Source: Chrysomallon squamiferum (lineage: Eukaryota > Animalia > Mollusca). Taken from it: a stretch of DNA of 64,000 bases. The notes beneath the pieces were generated by a model that was given only the letters and a program-made list of their open reading frames with translations, made no database searches and had not been told where the DNA came from. Position numbers and translations under genes: made by a program. Shown piece by piece: positions 15,338 through 28,762 of this stretch. The stretch covers positions 1,426,001 to 1,490,000 of the forward strand of contig CM022667.1 in the NCBI GenBank assembly GCA_012295275.1. The letters run 5' to 3'. How positions within the stretch are numbered: position 1 is the stretch's first letter; each line of letters opens with the position of its first letter.

Positions 15338-17313
15338 GATACATATCTCTCTGTTGTTAAGGCTGTTGACTTGGAGTGGATGTTATACCTAACACTGCAC
15401 TGTGATGATCAATAGATGATTTTTCTGCTCTGCTGAGTTGGCCATGTTGTTGAAAAATGATTAATAACAAATGGATTATCAATTAGATTTTATTGACGAC
15501 TAAAATAGCTGTGATGACAAACGATCGCTTTCCAGGTTATTTATTAGACAGTTGATGTTAAATATGTCTATTCAAAGATTTTTTTTTTTTTCGTACAGTA
15601 TGTATGCGTAATTTAACATTAATAATAGAATGTATGATGTAAATTAGTATTTGTTAACAATAAATTAACTTTAATAATATAATATTATATTTAAAATAGT
15701 ATGTAAAATAAGTACTAATTCATAATATTATATGTAAAATAAGTACTAATTCATAATGATATATGCAAAATAGTATTTGTTAAATATAATAATTGTTAAT
15801 AATGTGTAAATTACTATTAATAATATTATATATAAATTACGTTAGTAGCACAATATTACATGTATATTAATATTTATTAAATATAATTAATATTAACATT
15901 AAGAACACATACAAAATATTTCTGTTATTTAAATTAACATTTATCAAGTATAACTGAACACTGAAAAATAACATTACATGTAAATTAATATTTACTAAGT
16001 ATAAACTGATATAAATTAATATCAAGTATAAATTAATATTAATAACAAAAACATACATGAAAATAAATATTTATCATGAATAAATTAATATGAATAATAC
16101 AAAATTATATATAGATTATTATTTGTATACTATAAATTTATATTAAAGCCAAAACAAATAATTTTTATTTATTTCTCATATTAAATTTTTCAGTTTATGG
16201 TTTGATTTGCTCTTTGATGCTAAACATGTCATATTGTCTAATCAAAGTTTTAAGTGTTACCTGAATAATACCACAGGTGTGTAAACATTATACAATGTTC
16301 CACTTAATATTGACATCATCTCACATATTGAGTCCTGTTATGTGACCTATTGAATCCATTGAAAATTTTATCCTTGTGACTGATTTTATTGCTGTGAATC
16401 CATAAAAATAATATTTTCTTAACGGTTTTGTTATTTTAAACAACAGAAATATTTTGTACATGTGTTTAATGTTGTAGCATATGTGTACGTACACAGGCAC
16501 CACACACACACACACACACATATATTAATACATTTTAAACACACACACACACACACACACATACGGATGTGTGTATATATTCATGTACATAAATAATTAC
16601 GTATAATGTTTTTGCATGGTTTTTGCAACTTTTTTTCCTTTCATTTTTAATACAACAAATTATTCTACAATCCAGGTTTGAATCAGCTACTTTCCCCATT
16701 GCTTGTTGTATTGTGATCTGAACCATCATTAATATTGACTCGACCACATTTTAATTGGCTGAGTAGACATTTTCCAGAGCTCTATAACACTCACAGGGCA
16801 ATCAATGGAAATCAATTAATTATTCATCACTTTTATTACTTAACAGTAATAGCACACTCTATTCACGACACGCACACACACACACTCACACATACACACA
16901 GACACGCATACACACACACAGAGAGGCAGAAGCTTATCTAACAAAGAAGATTCTTCACGTCAGACATTCACGGCAGTAAAGTTCTCGCAACAGATGGTGT
17001 CGTTTACTTTCCCTTTTGTTAATTGATCTATTAAGTGAAGGAATTGCGAATCAAAAAAGCCCTCTGGTCTAATTATAGCAGGGAGCAGGGGATGGGTCGA
17101 AGGTCGCCTGCACGGAATGACAACTGTCCACGACGTCGCAGGTCGGTGTTAAGTTGGTGATAGGCCAACTCTGAGCAAATTGGGAAAGAAAAAAAGAAAG
17201 AAGCTTACAGTCGAATTAATATAGACAGAGGATCAGAAAGTTTGTGGTTACAGGGATATTTTTGTGTGGAAGTAGATACAGTTCAGTGTGTTAAAAAAAC
17301 CCAGACTGGTCTG

Positions 17314-17351
<38 letters not shown>

Positions 17352-19734
17352 TTGAAGATGATGATGATGATGATGACAGTGGTGGCATTTTGAATTCTGT
17401 TCATTTGTATTTAAATTAATTTCTTGAATTTTTTTAAATTTATTTTGTTTCCATTACAGTTTTATTACTACTACTGTTACTGCTACTACTACTACAAGTA
17501 TTATTACTACTTTACCACTTCTGTTAATAGTATTAGTGCTGCTACTATTACTGGTAATATTACTATCATCACTATTACCACAACTGCTACAGTTGCAGCT
17601 ACAAGACTTTTACTACAACTACTACAGCTACCATTACTACAACTTCTACTACTACCATCATCACTTCTATAATCACCACCACTACTACTACTGTTACAAT
17701 AACTACTACAACTACAGCTAGCAGTTACAGCTATGAGTGCTAATGTTAATGCCACTGCCACTGTTATTTCATGACAGAACAGCATTATTTTATCTTTCTG
17801 CAAGAAGCAGATATGGATTAATTTCTGATGTCCTCTTTTTTTGTCACTTCTGTCAAAATGTTATTCGCATGACAGGAAAGATTTATTTGATGGAAGAAAA
17901 ACAAAAACAACATCACAACTTACAGCTGTGTCTCTTCTGCACCATGTGTGCTTGTGTCTATGGAATACGTTTCATTATACCACAGGTTAGATACACGTTT
18001 GTTTTACATCTGTATATGATATACTTTGTTTTGTGAAATCTTTTTTTTGTTGAACATGTGAAGGATTAAAAAGGAAAGATATAGATGATGTAGCGGTACG
18101 CGTATGCATTCCAGTTTAACTTTTCTGAAACAAGACTAATTTTGTTTCATTTTTTTTTTTTTTTTTTCTTCTATGAACAGTAATTTGGGAGCAAAAAGTG
18201 ATTCATTTTCTTTTCTTTTAGTTGAATTACATTTTATTGTTTATGATATTGGTAAAGAATACAAAAAAAAGGAAACTATTTTAAAGCTGCTTTTGCCAGT
18301 TAGCGGCAGAAGATCTTTTAGAAACAGAAATTTGGTTTTAACTTTTTAATTAATATTTTGAATGATATTACTAATGATAATTTGGTATTATTTATTGTTA
18401 TTATTATTTTGACTGTTTAATATTTTTAATTACGTTAGTGATGAGACAAAAAAAAAGAAAAACCATTTCCATCTTATGATCATTTAGCAGTAAGTAATTT
18501 TTTGTATACACCTTTTCATAAACAGCAAAAAACACTTTCAATGGTTTTTGGAGTGACAGTCATAAGACACTAGTAAATATTTTTGAAATTGTATTGTAAA
18601 GAGGTTTATTTAATAAATTTGTAAATACTAGTGAATATATTTACAATTTTTGTATTTTGTATTTTTGTATTTTTTTAAAACTAATTTTATTAAAGACTGT
18701 TAATCTCTTAAATACCATTGACTTTTCCATGCATTGTTAATGGTCACAAAACATAGTTACTGTATCAGAATCAAACAGACAAAAATCTGCATACATATTG
18801 GTGAAGAGATCCAATGTGGATTTTCATTTAGTCCATTGTCTCAAATCAGTTGATGGACATTTCAGATTGGTGGCTTTGTGTCTTTTTGATGACCATCTGA
18901 TTGTATCTGTTCACTAATTTGGTACTCAGATTCTGAATCTGGCTCATGGTCTTTGAGGTGGTGTACTGTTTAACGGTTCTATAAGTTAAACTGAAGTCAG
19001 ATTCTTCTAGCAATTAAGATTTTTGGTCATTATACAGTAATAGCTATAATTTTGATTAAAGCAGACATTTTTCATTACAATAGCCAGTTACTATTTCAGT
19101 GTTCCAGTTAAATTTTTAATTTTTTTTTTTTTTAATTTGATCATAGATGGTAACACAAAATATTTATAAAATCAAAACAGAATTTTGAGTATCAGATTAT
19201 AAGCAACCATTTCCATTATAATAAAAAAAATTCCTATTTGAATATCACATTTAACATTTTTATTCAGCTGTTATATGGTAAAACCATCATAGTGATGAAA
19301 CAAGCAGTATTATTGGTTATCAGTTACCAGACAATTTCCATGTTGGAATTCCACCATTTTGCTTATTAATCATTTGTCAAAGCTGGACGTGATGCAGGGT
19401 CAGAAGAAGAAGAAGAAGAAGAAAAAAGACTGTTTATGAGTGTTTATCATTTGAGTTGACAGTATAATTAGCACATCTGGGGGAAACCCTGCTCAGAAAG
19501 TGAAAACTCGGCTTGGCGGCAGCGAAGGGGTTAATGTAGTGTTAGTGAAATTATTAATTTCTGAGTGTGACGAGAGTCATCGACTCAGAAAGTGTTTTAC
19601 ATGTGACAAGCAGATTGGACAGTGTGAAGATAGCCACTGAACAAAAAACAAACATGGCCGTTTCAGTAGTAAATAAATAACACTGGTAAAATGTTTGGAG
19701 AAGAAAAAAAATGTCTTTTTTTCTGTGTTATGTG

Positions 19735-19866
19735 TTTGTGTGTGTGTGTGTGTGTTTGTGTGTGGGTGTTTTATGTATATACATGTGTAGGTATGATATA
19801 TATAATTATGTATGTTTGTATGTATATATATATATATATATGTATGTGTATTTATATATATGTAAG

Positions 19867-19897
<31 letters not shown>

Positions 19898-20100
19898 ATA
19901 ATATATGTATGTATGTATGTATATGCATGTATTAATGAATATATGTATTTATATATGTGTGTATATATCTATCTATCTATCATCTATCGATATATATATG
20001 TACATTTAGATATCCATACATGTATGTATATAAAAAATACATATGTTTGGATGAATGTATATATATCTTACATGTATAAATATATGCATATTTCAATCTA
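19735..20100. repeat. Compound (TG)/(TA)/(TATG) microsatellite
   Basis: Direct reading. Confidence 0.85.
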
Positions 20101-21944
20101 CACATTTTGAAATTCAAATTTTTATGCAAGTTAATCTGTGTCCACATTTATACATACATTGGCTTAACCTGTTAATTCACACACCTACATGTTAGTTTGC
20201 AAGTACACCTACATACATCTACTGACTTCCAATAAAGATCAGATGATCAAACTGGCATGTCCAAGATTATTTGCTGCCAATAAAAAGGTGTAACTTCCGC
20301 TGTCAAACAGGATCTGGTATCTGTCTGGTAATAGAAAATCTACCAAGCCATGCAATTACATGAACCAAATATTGCATTAGACACTCTGCCATTTTATGAA
20401 GACAGAAATAAACTGAATTAGGTGAAGACGAACGAATTAATGAAATTTGTTGTTAATGAAATTTGTTTCTTGTCTTAACTTTTAAGTATGAAAGTTTTTA
20501 TGGTTTCTGTTAGGATATTTTTGAAAAAATTATTCTTTCTGTTTTTATTAATCTTTATTATTATTAATTTTTTTTAAATTAAAAATGTTAATAAAAAAAA
20601 TTAGGAACACATATATTATCTAATTATAATGTTTTCTCTTTCAGAATATTCAAAGAAAAAAAGAATAATGCAGAATTTTTTTTTATAAAGTTAAGATTTT
20701 CTTGTTTTTAATGTCAGTTTTATTTTATAATTTCCTTTGTTAAAGTAAGTAAACACATTATTTAATTTTAATCAATAATTTATTTATTGATTTTTAAAAT
20801 TTTAAAATTATTTTTTATTTATTTACTTTCTATTGCTGAAGAAATATTTTTCATTCTACTTGGATACTTTCAATCAAAATTAGCAACTTTGTATTCAGTC
20901 AATGCCCAGGACTTTGTATACTTGAATTTTAAATGTTTATGTCTAATTATTTCCTTATACTCTGTATGAGATATTTTAAACTCTTCTCATTTCTTATTTT
21001 TTTTTTTTTTTTTTTTGTAAAGCCACACAGTTTTTTCATGACACCAATTGTGAATGTAAAATGGTAAAATTAAAATATTTCATAACTGTATTTTTTTTTA
21101 TTGTCATATTCTCTTATTAATGATGATAAGCTTCAAAAAGGAAAACAAATATATAAAAAAAGAAATAAAATTAATAATAACAATAATAATAATTTGGAAG
21201 TATAGAAAATTTTATTAGGCCATTTATTCATACTATCACCAAAACGCTATAAAACAAAGTTAACAGAGATACATTCTATAATTAGAAAGAAAAAAGAGTA
21301 TGGATATATTATACACTTTCACTTTTAATATGGCTTCCATGATGGAGTTAATTTGTGACCAACAGACCCCTATTGGAAAAATGTTTCCTCAGCATTCCAC
21401 TATTTTTAAGTGTGACATACTGAAATACTTTTATTTTTAAAAAAAATGGCTGCCACAACAGAATTTAGTTTTGACCAGAACACGAATACTTGAAGCTGTA
21501 TTCCAAATGTCCTCCACTTAAGTTCCATAAACCCTGACTTCTTGCAGATGTGATTCCTTTAAGCTGAACTATCAAACGGCATCACTGGCATTAGCAGTAA
21601 TGAAAAGTTTAGAAACTGAGGAAATTGCGTCTGATTGGCGAGATCGTTTGAGTCAATCATCAGCTCTCGTTTCTGTCACAAATAACAAGTTTGATTTCAC
21701 GTCTTCCATAGACTACCTAGGCAAAAAGAAAAGATAAATCCAAATTAGTCTCTAATGTGAGAGATAAAAATTGACAAATGAGTGAAAATTATCAGAGAAA
21801 CGTTAAGGAAACTTCCTATAAAAAATTTGCAGACGTTTTTAAATGATTGCCAGTTTCTTTCAGAAGATTATTTTTCTTTTTCATTCCATCTTATTTTTTT
21901 TTTACTTTAAAAAAGATTATATAGAGGTTAAAAAAAAGGTGTCT

Positions 21945-21980
<36 letters not shown>

Positions 21981-22409
21981 AAAAGGAATTGTTTTTGAGA
22001 TACTATTTTTATTACAGTCTTTAATTATCACCATTCTCAGGATTATGAAAAAAATGTGTACACACTGTAGATGATGTCTAAAGTAATACAAATAAAACAC
22101 ATTTTCATTAGAATGAAGAAAAGCATTCAGCTGTTTGGAGATAAATTTCACTGGCTTAATATAAACGGTTTCCACAGTTTGTAAACATTTAAGCCTTAGC
22201 AGACAGTGAACTTCAATATTAGACTCAGTGGACTTCAGTTTTAGTTTCAGTAACTGATTGGATAAATTTTGTTATAATATGTAACATTATCACTATCAGT
22301 ATTATTATTATTTGAAACTTCAGTATGAGGTTAGACAAACTTTGTAGAAGTGAACTTCAGTATCTTATTAAATAAACTTCAGTAAAAATATAGTCTGCTT
22401 CATTACCAC

Positions 22410-22615
22410 TTAGTCAAACTTAAATATCAGACTAGTCAAACTTTGGTATCAGACTAGTCACATTTCGGCATCATACAAGTCAAACTTTAATATCAGATTA
22501 GCCAAACTTTGATATCAGACCAATAGTCAAACTTTGGTATCAGACCAACAGTCAAACTTTGGTATCAGACTAGCGAAACTTTAATATCAGATTAGTCAAA
22601 CTTTAGTATCAGTCT
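22410..22615. repeat. Minisatellite, about 22-25-bp unit (TAGTCAAACTTTRRTATCAGAC)
   Basis: About 9 copies. Confidence 0.88.
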
Positions 22616-23079
22616 GAAAAAAAAAAAAAAGAAAAAAAAAAGGCCACCATCAAACTGGACTGAATTCCAGGATTTGACTGAATTCAAACATCATATATCA
22701 GAATCATTTTCAGTTTCACCACACAAACTCATCACAACAACAGTTCCGCTCATCCGTTCTGGTCAAAGATGACAGACACACAAACATGATGACACATTTT
22801 GTTTTTCCCTCCCTCCCTCCCTCCCCCCCAACAACAACAACAACAACAACAACAAGCCTAGGGATTTTTTGACTTGCCATTGACCTTCGTGAGTTCCACG
22901 AGTGCCCATTCCATGTTATTGACACATTACTTGCGATTTATGCATCATTAGATTGCTTTCAAACCATGTCTTCCAATTAGCGGGAGCAAGATGACAATCT
23001 GCACTCTGCTCTGCAGTGCAGTGTAGACTCAGACAGGGTCTGTCTGCACACGAGAACGAAAGCTAATTAGCGGCTGTTA

Positions 23080-24380
23080 TTTTTTTGTGTAGGACAAACT
23101 GACTATCTCATTGTTTTTGTGTAGGATAAACAGACTAACTCATTGTTTTTGTGTAGGATAAACAGACTAACATTGTTTTTGTGTAGGATAAACAGATTAA
23201 CTCATTGTTTTTAATGTAGGATGAACAGACTAACTCATTGTTTTTAATGTAGGATGAACAGACTAACTCATTGTTTTTAATGTAGGATGAACAGACTAAC
23301 TCATTGTTTTTGTGTAGGATGAACAGACTAACTCATTGTTTTTGTGTAGGATAAACAGACTAACTCATTTTTTTTTGTGTAGGATGAACAGACTAACTCG
23401 TTGTTTTTGTATAGGATGAACAGACTAACTCATTGTTTTTAATGTATGATGAACAGACTAACTCATTGTTTTTGTGTAGGATGAACAGACTAACTCATTG
23501 TTTTTAATGTAGGATAAACAGACTAACTCATTGTTTTTAATGTAGGATGAACAGACTAACTCATTGTTTTTAATGTAGGATGAACAGACTAACTCATTGT
23601 TTTTTGTGTAGGATAAACAGACTAACTCATTGTTTTTAATGTATGAACAGACTAACTCATTGTTTTTGTGAAGGATGAACAGACTAACTCATTGTTTTTA
23701 ATGTAGGATAAACAGACTAACTCATTGTTTTTGTGTAGGATAAGCAGACTAACTCATTGTTTTTGTGTAGGATGAACAGACTAACTTGTTGTTTTTAATG
23801 TAGGATGAACAGACTAACTCATTGTTTTTGTGTAGGATGAACAGATTAACTCATTGTTTTTAATGTAGGATAAACAGACTAACTCATTGTTTTTGTGTAG
23901 GATGAACAGACTAACTCATTGTTTTTGTGTAGGATAAAACAGATGTATGAACAGACTTCATTTTTTTTAATGTAGGATGAACAGACTAACTCATTTTTTT
24001 TGTGTAGGATGAACAGATTAACTCATTGTTTTTATGTAGGATAAACAGACTAACTCATTGTTTTTTTTTTTGTTGTGTAGGATGAACAGACTAACTCATT
24101 GTTTTTAATGTAGGATGAACAGATTAACTCATTGTTTTTGTAGGATAAACAGATAAACATTGTTTTTGTAGGATAAGCAGACTAACTCATTGTTTTTGTG
24201 TAGGATGAACAGACTAACTAGGATTGGTTTCATTGTTTTTTGTAGGATGAACAGATAAAATCATTGTTTTTATGTTTTTGATGTCTGACTAACTCATTGT
24301 TTTTGTTTGTAGATGTAGGATGAACAGATTAATAATAATATTTACTTAACAGTTAACTCATTGTTTTTGTGTAGGATGAA
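23080..24380. repeat. Minisatellite, about 31-32-bp unit (GATGAACAGACTAACTCATTGTTTTT[GT/AAT]GTAG)
   Basis: Roughly 35-40 head-to-tail copies with no unique spacers. Confidence 0.95.
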
Positions 24381-25034
24381 CTCAAAATTGGTTTTGTAGA
24401 TTGTAGACAAAAAATCTACTTTGACAATTGCTGTCTACACACTCAGTGTTTTTGACTAATAATATGATCATAAAGTTACTGTTTTTTGTGTCTGCACTCA
24501 AAATTGGTTTGTAGATGACTACAAAGATCTACTTTAAAATCTACTGGACAATTGCTCTTGTTTGTGTCTACACTCACTTTTTGTTTGTAGATCAGTATAA
24601 AATCTACTTAACAACTGCTCTTTATGTCTGCACTCACTTTTTATTCAAAGGCAATCACATAAGGCTAATTAAGACTATTGACTGCGTGTCTAACCTCAGT
24701 TCTGATTCGTAGACGGCCACAAAAGCTAATTAATGACGGCCTTTACTGTGTCAACACTCACCCCTCTAGTGTCAATGCTTTTGTTGGTCTTGTTGGATTA
24801 GTTCGTGGATGCCATGAACCTTTCACTTCTGTGATTTCCATGCATTATGTCGGGCTTTGCCAGCAGAGACGGCCATGATAAAAGCAATTACTTGAGATAT
24901 TGTCTGCTGCTAAATAGGTCTAAGTGTCTCTTCGCTCTGGCTAATGAAATGCTGTTTTTATTAAAAGCATTTCTTACGTAATCCTGTTTCTGTTCTTGTT
25001 AATATTTTTTTTTTTTTTTTTTTTTTTTGTTCCT

Positions 25035-25300
25035 GATGTTAATTCCTGTATGTGAATTGGTTGATGTTTTTTCGTATGTAATCCTGTATGTGAATTTGTT
25101 AATGTTTTTCATATGTAATCCTAAATGTGAATTTGTTAATGTTTTTTCATATATAATCCTATATGTGAATTTATTAATATTTTTCATACATAATCCTATA
25201 TGTATCTTTTTGTGTCTGTATAAACATTTTTCTGCATAATTCTCTCTATGTTAATATTTTCATACATATGTGTTTGTTAATGTTTTTCATATATAATTCT
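25035..25300. repeat. Degenerate minisatellite, about 36-bp unit (TAATCCTRTATGTGAATTTGTTAATGTTTTTTCATATR)
   Basis: 5-7 copies. Confidence 0.8.
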
Positions 25301-25949
25301 GTCTACATTTATGATTATAATTTTTCACACTGAATATTATCAATGTCTCTGGTCATATTTTTACATGCACTATATCCTATCTGTATCAGTCAATATTTTA
25401 ATATATTATATGCTATCTGAGTCTATGGTAATAGTTTTTGCAATAATATTGCTTATGTTAGTCAAAATTTGTTTTTACACTACAATCAAACCTGTGTTTA
25501 TGTTTAAATTTTTCACACGCAATTCAATACTTATTTGTTACTATTTTCACACACAATCCTATAATCACTCTATATATATATATATACATTTTTTTTTTAA
25601 ATGTTTTATTTATAACCCAGACAAGTTTTATTTATACATACATGCGTTCGTTCGTACAACAATTCGTTTCAAACGAGATCAGTAATGTTTACAGTGTGGC
25701 CTGTATCACTGATTCAAGAACACAGCAGTATCTTTCATTCCGTTGTCACCCCTGAATAATCCCAGTGCAATCCCATACACAGATCTGAATAATGCAGGAG
25801 AACAGAAAAAACCTACGGGTAAATGACTTGTTGTAACCAGAAACTGAAAATAGCTCTCGGATGAATAATTAAATGTGATAGCTTTTTTTTTTTTTTCCTC
25901 AAGTGAGTACAAGTCAATAGTACATGCAATAAAAACATTATATATAAAC

Positions 25950-26264
25950 ATTATACATATGCATATCCATATATATATAAATATACACATGTATATATAT
26001 ATATCTGTGTGTGTGTAAATATAATATGTATATGTACACACACACAGATACACACACAAACACACACGCTCATACATACAAACATACATACACACATATA
26101 TACATACACACATATTCATACATACATGCATACACATACATACATACATACATACATACATACATACATACTTACATGCATACATACATACATAAATACA
26201 TACATACATATGTACATACATACATGCATACATACATACTTACATGAATACATACATACATACA

Positions 26265-26298
<34 letters not shown>

Positions 26299-26445
26299 CA
26301 TACATACATATATACATACATACATATACATACATACTTACAAACATACATACACCTACACATATATGCATACCAAAGCTTTTGTAAATATATAACGTAT
26401 GTGTTCACACACACACACACACAGACAGACATACACACACACACC
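25950..26445. repeat. (TACA)n and (CA)n microsatellite
   Basis: Direct reading. Confidence 0.9.
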
Positions 26446-27815
26446 TGTATAAGAAAAACTCATCTGTATAAGATTATATAAAACAGTTTTAATTAATATA
26501 TTAATCTAGTTTCAATACTTTATTAACCTATGTCACTGTGTTAACATTGTACTTAGCTGATAATTTGTACATGTTAGGTAATATTTGTTTTCATCACAGT
26601 TTCTTTATCACAATTTCTTTATCACAATATGAGGCTACTCCTGGTAGCAGATCATTTGAATTTCAGTGAGAAATATACATTTTTTTTTTTAGACTGTTTT
26701 ATTATATGGGCATATATACTGGTTGTTTTCAAATTAGGAATTTTTCGTTCTGTTTACATTCAGGATGTATTTTAAGGTTTGAAGTAATATATTTTTAGTT
26801 AAAAAATTTCAGTGCTGTTTTGTTTTTACTATCAATTTATGTAAGTTTATGAATTTTTTCAAATTAGGAATTTTTGTACCGTTTCAATTTATGAAGTAGT
26901 CTAAGCCTGTGAAATAGATTTTTGTAATTTATTTTAGAAATATTTATTTATTTATTTATTTATTATTGATTTTTTAATTGATTTATTTTTAATTAAGGTA
27001 AGTTGATGAACCTTATTTTCCAGTTAGGATTTTCCAGTTTAGATTTAGGAAGAGAGCTAAATTTATTTTTATTTTAAAATTTTAACTTTGTTTAAATATA
27101 TGTAAAATATATATATATATATATATTTTTTTTTTTCAACAAATATAATAATGTTTCCAAATTAGAAATTTTTAGAACCATTTGCATGTAGTAAGTAGTG
27201 TATGATTGAAATGATCATTTTTTTTTTCCCTTTTGTTTAAAATGATTTTTTATCAAAGTAACTTCATGGATATTTTTTTCTTTCTTTTTTTATCATTAAT
27301 TAATGTGTTTTTTAAAATCTTGAATTTCATTTTTTTTTTGATTTTAAATGTCTTTTCTTGATAGAAATTATTTTTAAAAAATTTATCAAAAAGAATGTTT
27401 TTTTTTCATTGATTATTTTAAATTAATGGTAGTTTTTTTTGTTTAATTTTTTTTTTTTTAAAATAAATTTTGATTTGAAATTTTGTTTCTGTTATTTTAT
27501 TTTTTGAGAACAGGTTTTTCTTATTTATTAAATTTTCAAATCATATTTATTTATTGTTTGTTTTTATTTATAATTTTAAAAACTATTTTCATCATCATGA
27601 ATCATCAGAAATAAAAAAAAATCATTTTGTTCATTTTTTTTTTTTTAAACATTTTATTTTATTGTTAAAAATAATATTTATTTGTCTGTTTATTTTACTT
27701 ATTTTTTGAAATTTTAATTTTAATTTTATTTATTTATATATATTTTTTCATTATTAAACAATTTTTTAATTCTTTTTATTTTCAGGTCTGCTAACACTCC
27801 ACCACAAGATTCAAA

Positions 27816-27983
27816 ATGGCCGTCACTCTGAAAGTTACAGAACCTAGAAGTTTCCAGAATGTCTTCAGTCTCACTAAAGTTGCTGGAACTCGTAAAGACC
27901 TGTATCTTATGGAGGACGAGGATTCCAACACTGACAGCAGAAAGTCCTCCATGGCAGAGGACCTTTCTCTCAAACAGGTCAAG
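27816..27983 (+). CDS. Adenylyl cyclase coding exon 1 (exon starts at 27786; [10 protein letters not shown]...DLSLKQVK)
   Basis: Acceptor ttttcag at 27785; in-frame TAA upstream of aaaATGG; donor AAG|gtcagt at 27984; phase 0 matches the next exon. Confidence 0.75.
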
Positions 27984-28727
27984 GTCAGTGAGGAATGGGG
28001 GAGTGATTCTGACAAACACCCCACCCCATTTTTTTTTTTTTAATTGTGGAAAATGCTTTTGTTACTACATAAACTTAGTCTTTCTTGAAAATAATTATAT
28101 TTATGAAACCTTATCAGCTTTAGTTTTTAATAAAAAAAAATTTAAAATATAATTTTTGAATTAAAATAATAATTACTATAACTGATGTTTAACACTTTTT
28201 TTAAATATGATTTTATAAAATGAACATATTGTTATTTTGAAAATGGATATTGAGAAAGCTGTTGCTTACATTATTTAAGTGAATTATTATCTTTGGCCAA
28301 GAAAAACGAAAAAGAAGAAAACATATTTTTTCTCTTTTTTAAAATCTAACTTGTATTTGATTCATTTTGATTGTGCTTGATATTTACAAACAGTTATTAA
28401 ATGAGCATTTATTATAAACATAATGTTTTTCTCATTATCAGTATTAATAATAATAATAATAATAATAACAACAAATAATAATAATAACAATAACAACTAA
28501 TAATAACAACATTAATAAGAGTAATAGTAATATAATAATAAAAATAATAATAAATCACCATATCATTACCATTATCATCATCACTGTCATTATATTGTTA
28601 TTATTACCATTATTACTATTATCATTATTATTATTATCATAATCATAAGTATTATTTTTTATTATCATTATTATTATTATTATCATTATCATTATTATTA
28701 TCATTATCATTATTATTATTATTGTTA

Positions 28728-28762
<35 letters not shown>

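Noticed and set aside
23080-24380. About 31-bp repeat array as a CRISPR array
   Set aside because: Units are head-to-tail without unique spacers, there are no cas genes, and the context is a eukaryotic intron.
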